Assembly (NCBI GenBank): GCA_965263035.1 | Contig: OZ253580.1 | Span: forward strand, 32,001 to 96,000 | DNA length: 64,000 nucleotides | Reading direction: 5' to 3' | From: Acidobacteriota bacterium | GTDB lineage: Bacteria > Acidobacteriota > UBA6911 > RPQK01 > JAJDTT01 | Shown: piece by piece, positions 10,717 through 18,438 of the stretch | How the letters are laid out: each line of letters starts with the position of its first letter | How positions within the stretch are numbered: position 1 is the stretch's first letter | Translations under genes and position numbers: made by a program | Notes under the pieces: generated by a model | Seen by the model: the letters and a program-made list of their open reading frames with translations, nothing else | Told to the model about the DNA's origin: nothing | Databases searched by the model: none

Positions 10717-10907
10717 TACTGCTTGCCTGTAAGATCAGACCCACGAAAGTGCTAGAATGGGATGGAGGCGGGTTGCCCGACTTTGGATGATGGGGCCTGT
10801 TTCAGAAACAGGTTGGTCCTTATGGCCACGGAGGTTCGAGTCCTCCACCCGCCTCCATCAGGGTTATTGTACTGCTTGCCTGTAAGATCAGACCCACGAA
10901 AGTGCTA
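10717..10907 (+). repeat. 38-bp perfect direct repeat flanking a tRNA-like gene
   Basis: TACTGCTTGCCTGTAAGATCAGACCCACGAAAGTGCTA at 10717-10754 and 10870-10907. Confidence 0.9.
10767..10857 (+). tRNA. tRNA-like gene, anticodon CAG (Leu), Ser-type long variable arm, U73, encoded CCA
   Basis: Acceptor GGCGGGT/ACCCGCC; anticodon arm CCTGT-TTCAGAA-ACAGG; T arm GGAGG-TTCGAGT-CCTCC. Confidence 0.85.
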
Positions 10908-11159
10908 CAAGCCCTGTCGGTGAGACCTTTCTTTTGGAGTCAATGCCCATTCGACACCTCTCGGTTGATGGACTTTCCCTTGGTCCCTTAACAGTTTGAG
11001 TTGTCCTGTAGTAATTGCATTGAACCCCTGCTCTGGCAAACCGAGCTTTTCAGTAATTGGACTTAACGACAACCCCTCCTCGTATTTCTCCAATAGATTC
11101 AAGATTCCAGCTTGGATCAAGCGTTCTCCCATCTCTGCAAGCATTCTAGCCTCTGCCAT
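10905..11159 (-). CDS. small winged-helix-like protein
   Basis: AGGAGG RBS; ILNLL...GLSLSPITEKLGL...LKLLRDQGKV pattern typical of wHTH. Confidence 0.6.
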   Translation of the reverse strand: MAEARMLAEMGERLIQAGILNLLEKYEEGLSLSPITEKLGLPEQGFNAITTGQLKLLRDQGKVHQPRGVEWALTPKERSHRQGL

Positions 11160-11185
11160 CTGCTTCCTCCTAAGTAAAATACATC

Positions 11186-11485
11186 ATGGAACTAGGATTC
11201 ACACTTCCACCCACCCGACCCCGCCCAAAGATCCCTCTACAGCAAACGTGTAAGAGGTGTGGGCAACCAGACAAGTTCGACTTCCACGTACCAGATCATC
11301 TTTGGAAGTCTATAGTCCCAAAGTCCCATCGGAACCTTGCTATGTGTCTGTATTGCTTCGATGAGGAGGCCGCCGCTAAAGGTATTCCCTACGCGTGGGC
11401 CATCACTGAGTTTTGTTTTGCAGGCCGCGGAGCCACATTTGGCTTCACGGTGTCACGATACGTTGAAAAGAGGCAACTGATCTAG
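11186..11485 (+). CDS. small Zn-finger-like protein
   Basis: CKRC...CLYC pairs. Confidence 0.55.
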   Translation: MELGFTLPPTRPRPKIPLQQTCKRCGQPDKFDFHVPDHLWKSIVPKSHRNLAMCLYCFDEEAAAKGIPYAWAITEFCFAGRGATFGFTVSRYVEKRQLI

Positions 11486-11649
11486 TCGTCACAGTCGCCG
11501 TCCTTTTCTTTGGCCTGGCACTGATTGCAAAGTTCCCCGCTGGTCGGCTTCGCGTTCCTGCTAACGTAGTCGTCCGTTGGCCAGTTGGAACAGTTGCGGC
11601 AATAGTGCCACGTATCGCTCGTTCTTCGCTTTCGGTATTGTCTCGCCAT
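11482..11649 (-). CDS. small Cys/His-rich protein (55 aa)
   Basis: WHYCRNCSNWP...ELCNQC; AGGGGGTG RBS. Confidence 0.65.
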   Translation of the reverse strand: MARQYRKRRTSDTWHYCRNCSNWPTDDYVSRNAKPTSGELCNQCQAKEKDGDCDD

Positions 11650-11766
11650 GCTTTTCACCCCCTTTCTGGCTAGTCGTGATCCCATTAAGGAAGGAATCAG
11701 AGGAGCTTGATAAGAGACTTCAAATATAGCTTGAGTGCACGCCCAAATGCGCCAAATCGGATATTC

Positions 11767-11979
11767 TCAATCGTCAATCTGAGAGGCAGCGAACTCCAAG
11801 ACTCGGGCTAGTTCTCGGGCTTGGTTAGTACTCATATATGAGTAAACATTACCGTTTTCAATCCTCAGTTCCAGTGGGTAAGTCTCTTTGCAATCTTCCT
11901 CGTGAGGGTATCGAAGGCGAACTTCCCTGGTGGGGTACGCGCTCAATGTGATCTCAAATTCTTTCTTACTGTCTATCAT
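11767..11979 (-). CDS. hypothetical protein (70 aa)
   Basis: GGAGGAGAGG RBS; lies directly downstream of a 36-aa ORF at 11992-12102 (MAIVIIVLQHL...). Confidence 0.55.
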   Translation of the reverse strand: MIDSKKEFEITLSAYPTREVRLRYPHEEDCKETYPLELRIENGNVYSYMSTNQARELARVLEFAASQIDD

Positions 11980-12548
11980 GGTCCTCTCCTCCTATAGTCC
12001 CAACATTCGAGCAAACTGCTCCTTGGTCATGCCGTCATAAATGCTGCGTTTCGGCCTGAAGAAGTTATTTAGATGTTGCAGTACAATAATGACAATTGCC
12101 ATTGGTTTACATCTCCATAGTTATTTCATTGGCAACGGCCAGGGGGTTTGGGAGTTCTTCCCCCTGGCCACTAACCTTCCTCAGATATCATACCACAGAA
12201 TCAGGAAAAGGGAACGGCGGGGAAGAGCGGAGGAGTCTGACGGCTCCGAAGCGACACACTACGCATCAGATCCGACACCCGGCTTTCCAGTGTGTCACAG
12301 GCTCCCTTGCGTGCGTGAGCAAGTAGGCAAGGAGTTCATCCTCCGCTCCTCTGTCCTCTTATTGTACTCCGTGTGCAATACGTGGAGGATTTAGGAGGCG
12401 GCGCGGCTCCAACATGGAGCAAAGGGTTTTGTGTAGCCAGTTCAGTTAGGCAAAAACGCGCCGCCCTGGTAAATGCCTACCATGATATTCGATGGAGTGC
12501 AACCTGTGATCTGGATTTCTTGTCACAGGTGGTCTACGATGCGGTGGA

Positions 12549-12652
12549 GGAGGGGTGGCAGAATTGGCATTGCACTCGAATTTAAACTCGTAGGTCAGTA
12601 GGCGTTGCACCACAGCGCACCTGTACGGGTTCAAATCCCGTCCCCTCCTCCA
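12549..12652 (+). tRNA. aberrant tRNA-like gene (104 nt): 8-nt anticodon loop ATTTAAAC, very long variable arm, U73, CCA
   Basis: Acceptor GGAGGGG/CCCCTCC; D arm GCAGAATTGGCATTGC; T arm ACGGG-TTCAAAT-CCCGT; anticodon ambiguous (TTA counting from the 5' side). Confidence 0.65.
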
Positions 12653-12662
12653 TTGTGATGTC

Positions 12663-12751
12663 GGGAGCGTGGCCGAGTTGGATTATGGCGCCCGGCTGAA
12701 AACCGGGTGGGTGTAACAGCCCCGCAGGTTCGACACCTGCCGCTCCCGCCA
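12663..12751 (+). tRNA. tRNA with a Ser-type body (G73, long variable arm) and anticodon GAA (Phe), encoded CCA
   Basis: Acceptor GGGAGCG/CGCTCCC-G-CCA; anticodon arm CCCGG-CTGAAAA-CCGGG; T arm GCAGG-TTCGACA-CCTGC. Confidence 0.88.
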
Positions 12752-12773
12752 TCAATTCATAATACTCGGAGCA

Positions 12774-13223
12774 TCAAAAAAGCCTTTGACTTCGTTGGAG
12801 CAGGCCATCGAGTCTTCCTTTCGGAAGTTTTCCAACAGATTCCCAAATCGTCTCTCCAAAAACCGCCTCATACGATCCTGATTCGATGAACTCAGTAGCG
12901 TTTAGCGAGAGGATGACCCCAACACAGTCCGCCAGTATCAGTGCGGCCAGCGCCTCACGTCGGACCATCCCTCCAAAACCATTACGGGCACCAAAATCAA
13001 TTAGGACTAGTCGATACCCTTTAAGTTCAGGAGAGCTAGACGCGATCGTTTTTATTACTGTAGTGCTGTACACCTCCAGGCTGTTAGGGTCTGTCAACTT
13101 CTGTTGAATCTGCTCGTTTAGACCCGGAACACTGCCGTCTGAACTCATGCAATTAGACCCACTCGACGGCGTACAATTGGCGGTCAGAAGCACAAGAAGC
13201 AAAACGGTGCAGGAGTTTTCCAT
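12774..13223 (-). CDS. putative lipoprotein
   Basis: Hydrophobic signal ending LTANC; DFGARNGFGGMVR motif. Confidence 0.6.
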   Translation of the reverse strand: MENSCTVLLLVLLTANCTPSSGSNCMSSDGSVPGLNEQIQQKLTDPNSLEVYSTTVIKTIASSSPELKGYRLVLIDFGARNGFGGMVRREALAALILADCVGVILSLNATEFIESGSYEAVFGETIWESVGKLPKGRLDGLLQRSQRLF

Positions 13224-13254
13224 AACTCAATCTTTAATTAGAATAGATGTAGAC

Positions 13255-13343
13255 GGCGGGTTGCCCGACTTTTGGATGATGGGGCCTGTTTCAGAAACAG
13301 GTTGGTCCTTGTGGCCACGGAGGTTCGAGTCCTCCACCCGCCG
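13255..13343 (+). tRNA. tRNA-like gene, anticodon CAG (Leu), Ser-type variable arm, G73, no encoded CCA
   Basis: Near-identical copy of 10767-10857 with the discriminator changed to G; TAGAAT at 13239-13244. Confidence 0.83.
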
Positions 13344-13477
13344 CCCTTGCAATGAAGGAGGATGAGAACCGAAACCGTGCCTTCCCTAACTTCACACTGC
13401 CGACTAGAGCAGCTTAAAAGAAGGCGAGTAACGAACCGAAAAGCTCATCCTCCTCCATCAATTTATAATACTTTGAC

Positions 13478-14755
13478 CTAAAGTCCTGGCACAGAACTGC
13501 ACTTCGATGGAACGATCACAGGATCATCCGATTCCTCAGACTCTCGGTACCTAATAGACCCTCTTTGCGACCAGGGGAGGTTAGGCACATCGGGCAGTTC
13601 AATCTCTGTTCTAGTACCGCCTACGAATCCCTTATCTGGCACCAGTACCCATTCACCACGCCTGTACCAGATGTGAGATCGTGCCCAGACCCGCGAGTAC
13701 CTAATATCGATCGGATCATCTTCGGACATACGTCGGTGGAAAGCGCCGATGTTTGGATTAGGTTTAGAGCTACTAGAAAAGGAACTCGTCCAACTCAGCT
13801 TTCCAGAGAAATTCAACCTGGCCGTAGCGACACATCGACCTGGTCTTTCTTCAAATACCTGGTGGATCTGGTATCCTTGTGCAGTATCAGGCAACTCATA
13901 TCCGCCATCAGAGGTACGGGTTCTACCACCTCCTGCAGGAACCACTGACATCCCATTCTCCAGAGCAGGAGGGATCCCTTGGTAGTCAGCACGTGCTGCC
14001 TTCCCATAGATGCCTTCTATTGTGGTGTCAAAAGCTCCCTTTTCCCGTATTACAATGTCTCTCCAGTCACCAGGGGGACAGTCACCTTCCGTCACGTCTG
14101 GAGGGCCTTCATACAATCGCTCCCACTGTGCTTCATGCCACCGGGCGTTTCCATACTCCGGAGCAAAAGACTCAACTACCATCAAGGTGTAATCGAGCCC
14201 TGTCCCTGACTCTGGGTCGTCCACTTTGACAAGCCAACGCTTGAACTCATCTACAACTCGCCGATTCATGTCGGAGTAGCTTTTGACTCCGACAATGTGC
14301 CCACGGAAGTACTCGGTCCCAGAGAACGAATCAGAGAGAACACGTATACATTCCTCTGTCTTGAGGACTTCATGGGCATCTTGAATGGGCGCTTCGGTGA
14401 GCTCCACTGATTCGCACTCGAGTTCGTCTTTGAATCTAAAGGAGTCTGTTGGGTCCTTGTCTCCATAGATGAGTACAAGAGGGTCGGGAAGAGGAACGAC
14501 CATTGCAGCAAAGAACTTCCCTGACTCGTACTCTGTGACTCTCCACTCATAGATGTGACCACAATGGATCGCATCAAAAAATTCTAGGTTGATGATCTGA
14601 CCGTCGTGGGGAGGCTCTGAAAGACTCACCTCAACGCGACAATCTGGACAGGCGTTAGGGATAAATCCGTATGGAGTGTCGAATCCCCACTTCTCCTCGG
14701 CTTGTACATTCGCCAGGAATGCAGCAAAGGCCATTAGCACAATTACTTTTCTCAT
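13478..14755 (-). CDS. secreted acidic, Cys-containing hypothetical protein
   Basis: AAGGAGG RBS; signal peptide MRKVIVLMAFAAFLANVQA. Confidence 0.75.
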   Translation of the reverse strand: MRKVIVLMAFAAFLANVQAEEKWGFDTPYGFIPNACPDCRVEVSLSEPPHDGQIINLEFFDAIHCGHIYEWRVTEYESGKFFAAMVVPLPDPLVLIYGDKDPTDSFRFKDELECESVELTEAPIQDAHEVLKTEECIRVLSDSFSGTEYFRGHIVGVKSYSDMNRRVVDEFKRWLVKVDDPESGTGLDYTLMVVESFAPEYGNARWHEAQWERLYEGPPDVTEGDCPPGDWRDIVIREKGAFDTTIEGIYGKAARADYQGIPPALENGMSVVPAGGGRTRTSDGGYELPDTAQGYQIHQVFEERPGRCVATARLNFSGKLSWTSSFSSSSKPNPNIGAFHRRMSEDDPIDIRYSRVWARSHIWYRRGEWVLVPDKGFVGGTRTEIELPDVPNLPWSQRGSIRYRESEESDDPVIVPSKCSSVPGL

Positions 14756-14783
14756 AGCGTACCTCCTTACTCTGTATTCAGAT

Positions 14784-15128
14784 TCAGAATCCCAATGCCT
14801 TGCGGGCGAACTTCTGGATCTGTTTCCACATAATGACCTGATCGAAGTGATGGTCAACGCCGTAATGGTCAGTGTGCGTTATACCATCCTTCAAAATCTC
14901 GCCTGCAATGGGGAGCACGGAGTCGGGAGTCCACCGAGTCAGAACGTCCGAAGGATCGTCCGTCCGGCACAGGTACATCTGTGCTGTAATAACGATCATG
15001 TAGTCGCCTGTGTCGGACGGAATCACGAACAGTGCGTTTGGAGGAGTCTCCACCTCCGTGTTCCAAGGGTGTCCCACACCAAACGCGACGGATAGAATTG
15101 TGATAGCGATTAGCAATGTGTTTCTCAT
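14784..15128 (-). CDS. secreted hypothetical protein (114 aa)
   Basis: AAGGAGG RBS; signal peptide; likely co-transcribed with 13478-14755. Confidence 0.7.
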   Translation of the reverse strand: MRNTLLIAITILSVAFGVGHPWNTEVETPPNALFVIPSDTGDYMIVITAQMYLCRTDDPSDVLTRWTPDSVLPIAGEILKDGITHTDHYGVDHHFDQVIMWKQIQKFARKALGF

Positions 15129-15349
15129 AATGCCTCCTTCTCGTACCTTGTGTACGACTTGTTGATTTATGACATCGGTGACCGACGCATTTAGTACACT
15201 ATTATATCACATTATAATAGATGCACAAAGCAAGACGACCAAGGAATTAAGGAAGTATTCGGAAGGGGCGGGACAATAACAAACCGCCCCTTCGAACATC
15301 GCTCCGGGGTCGGGTGAAAGTAGTAAAGCCCTCCCCCATGTGGGAGCGA

Positions 15350-15586
15350 TTACCGGGGTGGCCGAATCAAAGCTACACCTTCATCGTCGTACTGTCCGAC
15401 CCAATTATCGTGGGACAGACGATGTCGGGCGTGCGATCTCAACTGTGCCCGAGTTGCCGGGAGGAGCAGACCCATGAGGCGCGTCTGATCCTGAGCGAGG
15501 GGCAACAACGCTTCCCAGGTAATGCCTCCTGGCGCAGTCATCAAGTGATCGAGGTATCCGGCGTAGGTGCTGAAATTGCGGGGCAT
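15350..15586 (-). CDS. hypothetical protein (78 aa)
   Basis: AGGAGG RBS; preceded by a long structured leader. Confidence 0.5.
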   Translation of the reverse strand: MPRNFSTYAGYLDHLMTAPGGITWEALLPLAQDQTRLMGLLLPATRAQLRSHARHRLSHDNWVGQYDDEGVALIRPPR

Positions 15587-15991
15587 CGCGGGTCCCTCCT
15601 GGGGGAGGGTCCCGTATCAGAGGCGTAGCAAGCTGACAACGTATCGGGTAAACTGTCTGACAGGCTGACTTTCCTCCAACACAGGACCAGTTGGCTCAGA
15701 GTCCGTTGGGTGCTGATATCACCTGACGGACTCACCTTTTCAGAGTACTCGGCCTAGCTACAAGGAGCACTCGTTCCCTTGTAAGGGAGCCGGGTCTGAG
15801 TGCTCATCGAACAGCGATGCTGATGGAAGAGTTGCTTATTCACCCGGCGCGGTTCATGAGGCCACGCTTTACCAGGTTGTTTTATTCAGCAAGAGACCCG
15901 ACACAAGCGAATCACTGCCGAGAGCACTGAGGCGGGATTGTGCCGGATAAATAATTGGTAGTCAATAGAAGGGAGAAAATTATCTCAACTC

Positions 15992-16219
15992 TCAGCGGAG
16001 GGTGTCCACCACGGCATTCCGTACCGATTCCATCCAGGTCTCAATCTCCCGCTGGTGTTGGACCAGGGCCTTTACCTTGTCGTCCACAATCCGCAGCCGT
16101 CGGATAATGAGCAGGTGAGAGACGATGATGAGGAATAGGACCAGGAGCAAGGCGAAGGCGTACCAGTGTTGATCGACGATGGGAGGGATTCGGGAGAGTA
16201 ATGAGTTGAGCTGTTCCAT
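15992..16219 (-). CDS. small single-TM membrane protein
   Basis: One hydrophobic helix YAFALLLVLFLIIVSHLLII followed by a coiled-coil-like tail. Confidence 0.6.
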   Translation of the reverse strand: MEQLNSLLSRIPPIVDQHWYAFALLLVLFLIIVSHLLIIRRLRIVDDKVKALVQHQREIETWMESVRNAVVDTLR

Positions 16220-16272
16220 GCTTCAATCTTCCTGCTTTGCCGAAGTATAATACATACATGGCGGAGGGTTGA

Positions 16273-16348
16273 TGGACGCAGCGGGCTTCGGACCCGCGTC
16301 TCCCGGTTTTCAGCCGGGTGTGTTATCCGGGATAAACACTATGCGCCC
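16273..16348 (-). tRNA. tRNA with Ala identity elements (G3:U70, A73) and anticodon GAA (Phe)
   Basis: On the minus strand: acceptor GGGCGCA/TGCGTCC-A; anticodon arm CCCGG-CTGAAAA-CCGGG; T arm GCGGG-TCCGAAG-CCCGC. Confidence 0.82.
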
Positions 16349-16475
16349 TCGGTTTGCTTTTCCCTCCGCCATTCTAAACATCTTGCCAAGGTCAGGGGTC
16401 TTTGGTATTTTGGCCTCTCTCGCGCATGATTGTAGGCAATCAATATTATGTGTTATCATGTGTTCTTCAATGATG

Positions 16476-16551
16476 TGGAGCCGGTGCCAGGAATCGAACC
16501 TGGACACGAGGACTTGCTGGGCCCCGGCGTTTGCCATTCCGCCACACCGGC
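16476..16551 (-). tRNA. tRNA-like gene, anticodon AGC (Ala), no G3:U70, U73, CCA
   Basis: Acceptor GCCGGTG/CACCGGC-T-CCA; loop CCAGCAA; T arm CCAGG-TTCGATT-CCTGG. Confidence 0.8.
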
Positions 16552-16575
16552 TCCCTTCATTATAGACCGTCAGAG

Positions 16576-16651
16576 GGGAGCCGGTGCCAGGAATTGAACC
16601 TGGAAACAAGGAATTGCGAGTCCCCGACCTTGGCCACTCAGTCACACCGGC
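16576..16651 (-). tRNA. tRNA-like gene, anticodon CGC (Ala), no G3:U70, U73
   Basis: Second unit of a 100-bp tandem repeat; loop CTCGCAA; 3' end TCCC. Confidence 0.8.
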
Positions 16652-16675
16652 TCCCTTCATTATAGACCGTCAGAA

Positions 16676-16751
16676 GGGAGCCGGTGCCAGGAATCGAACC
16701 TGGAAACAAGGAATTGCCACTCCCCGACCTTGGCCACTCGGCCACACCGGC
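16676..16751 (-). tRNA. tRNA-like gene, anticodon GGC (Ala), no G3:U70, U73
   Basis: Third unit of the 100-bp tandem repeat; loop GTGGCAA; 3' end TCCC. Confidence 0.8.
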
Positions 16752-16871
16752 TCCCTTCATTTTAGCACAGGGGGACTATCGTGAAAAAACGACCTCGCAA
16801 GCCCGTGGACATCCTAGCCCTGGCAATGCGCCGGGCTTATGAGCAAACTAGGGGCGGAGAAGCCGAATCCC

Positions 16872-17843
16872 TCAATGAAGATCGTCCGCCTTGTCGGAAA
16901 CCAGATCGAGATACAGCAGACGACGACCGACCATCCCCGCCACGATGTGCTTCATCTGGTCAATAGTATCCAGTTCCCGGATGTTGTGACGCTTGACAAA
17001 CTCGTTGACGTAGCGGTGCAGGTGCTTCACGCTCAAGCTGTGGAACGTCCCCATGTAGCCCCGCTTCAACATCGACCAGAAGGATTCGATGCCATTTGTG
17101 TGTACTATGCCGTCAACGTACTGTTGAGCGCTGTGTCTCACAGACTTGCGATTTGAGCCCATCCAGGCGTAAGCCTGATTCTCGTCCGTGTACGACTTCA
17201 CTCCGAAAGTGGAGCTGTCCAAAATGAACCGGGCAAGAGTCTCCTTTGTCGTGTCCGGCACCACCCTGGCCCTGATTTGATTCGTAGGCCGGTCCTTCAT
17301 GCCTACCACTGCGGTCTTGCCTGAGGGTCCACGACCGGAAAACATCGCCCGTCGCTTCTTGCTCATGTTCCTCCGCTTGCCTCCCATATAAGTCTCGTCG
17401 ATTTCCACGGGACCGATCAGAGCTTCCAAATCGTCCTTGTCCAAGGACTCGCGGAGTCGGTGCAACATGAACCACGCCGTATTCTGCGTCACGTCGATGT
17501 CTCGATGGAGTTTCATCGAGGAGACTCCCTTGAGGTTCGTGACGTAGATGAAAATGGCGTAGGCCCATTTTCGGAGCGGAACCTTGGATCTTGTCAAGGC
17601 CGTGCCAGTGCGGACGCTGAAATACCTACGGCAGTCCGAACACCAGTACGGCTGCGGATATCGGTTTGGCGTCTCATTCGTCTTGACGCTGCCGCAATGA
17701 CCACAGCACCGTTCCTCGGGCCAGAGAACATCCTCAAACCATTTCGTCGCGGCTTCCTCCGTGGGGAACATCTCCGCGAGTTGGATCATTGAGATCCCTT
17801 GTCGGTAGAACTTTCCGGGGGCTTTCCCCTTGCACTTGTCCAT
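16872..17843 (-). CDS. IS1595-family (ISXO2-like) transposase, intact
   Basis: Zn ribbon CGHCGS/CSDC, AWFMLHRLR, VEIDETY, YTDE, HTNGIESFWS, YVNEF. Confidence 0.93.
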   Translation of the reverse strand: MDKCKGKAPGKFYRQGISMIQLAEMFPTEEAATKWFEDVLWPEERCCGHCGSVKTNETPNRYPQPYWCSDCRRYFSVRTGTALTRSKVPLRKWAYAIFIYVTNLKGVSSMKLHRDIDVTQNTAWFMLHRLRESLDKDDLEALIGPVEIDETYMGGKRRNMSKKRRAMFSGRGPSGKTAVVGMKDRPTNQIRARVVPDTTKETLARFILDSSTFGVKSYTDENQAYAWMGSNRKSVRHSAQQYVDGIVHTNGIESFWSMLKRGYMGTFHSLSVKHLHRYVNEFVKRHNIRELDTIDQMKHIVAGMVGRRLLYLDLVSDKADDLH

Positions 17844-18079
17844 GGTGGGCCTTTCGTGGTAGGATTCTCGGGACGCGGCTGAACCGAGGAACCCACGGCC
17901 TGGCAACCTCCGTTTGTAAGTGAGAGACCAGAGCGCAGGACCTGCTTCGAAACCGCGTCCAATTCAATTATATCACACCTTTATAGATGGTGTTTTTATC
18001 AGCCTTACTCTCCTTTAATTCCCTGTAATTATGCCATCGGACCCTGACATTTTTCTGTCATAAATCCTTTGTTTAGTTT

Positions 18080-18438
18080 AAGGTTACGAAGATTTAATTG
18101 ACCTTTTGTGTGATTGTGTGGTAAAATTATTGGGTTAATGTGAACAGGAGGCATGATGACTAAGAAGGAACTCAACGGATTCACAGAGGCAGTTCGAACG
18201 GTTGTCCGAGAGGAATTAAAGCCGATTGAGCAGCGTCTCGACAAACGCCTTGACGACTTGAAGAAGGAAATCCCTGGTCTAGTTGCGGACGTGATCGCAC
18301 AACGATTTCCAACCCTGTTCCCACACTCATAGGCTGCCAGATCAATTAGGAGGAAGGTTACGAAGATTTAATTGACCTTTTGTGTGATTGTGTGGTAAAA
18401 TTATTGGGTTAATGTGAACAGGAGGCATGATGACTAAG
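18080..18438 (+). promoter_or_regulatory. duplicated 85-bp promoter+RBS+start block
   Basis: Identical at 18080-18164 and 18354-18438: TTGACC-N18-TAAAAT with extended TG, AGGAGG, ATGATGACTAAG. Confidence 0.8.
18153..18332 (+). CDS. small coiled-coil protein (59 aa, MMTKKELNGFTEAVR...)
   Basis: Hand-translated; strong promoter and RBS; N-terminus paralogous to 18427-18705. Confidence 0.7.
   Translation: MMTKKELNGFTEAVRTVVREELKPIEQRLDKRLDDLKKEIPGLVADVIAQRFPTLFPHS

Noticed and set aside
10767-10857. tRNA-Sec (UCA) or 8/4-9/3 allo-tRNA reading
   Set aside because: The symmetric stem centres CAG, not UCA, and a standard 7/5 fold ending in N73-CCA fits; the extra pairing comes from the leader.
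16476-16764. CRISPR array reading of the 100-bp periodic repeat
   Set aside because: The units fold as tRNA cloverleafs, there are no unique spacers, and no cas genes are in the window.
16781-16966. 61-aa + strand ORF
   Set aside because: It overlaps the transposase 3' end in antisense and has no recognisable features.
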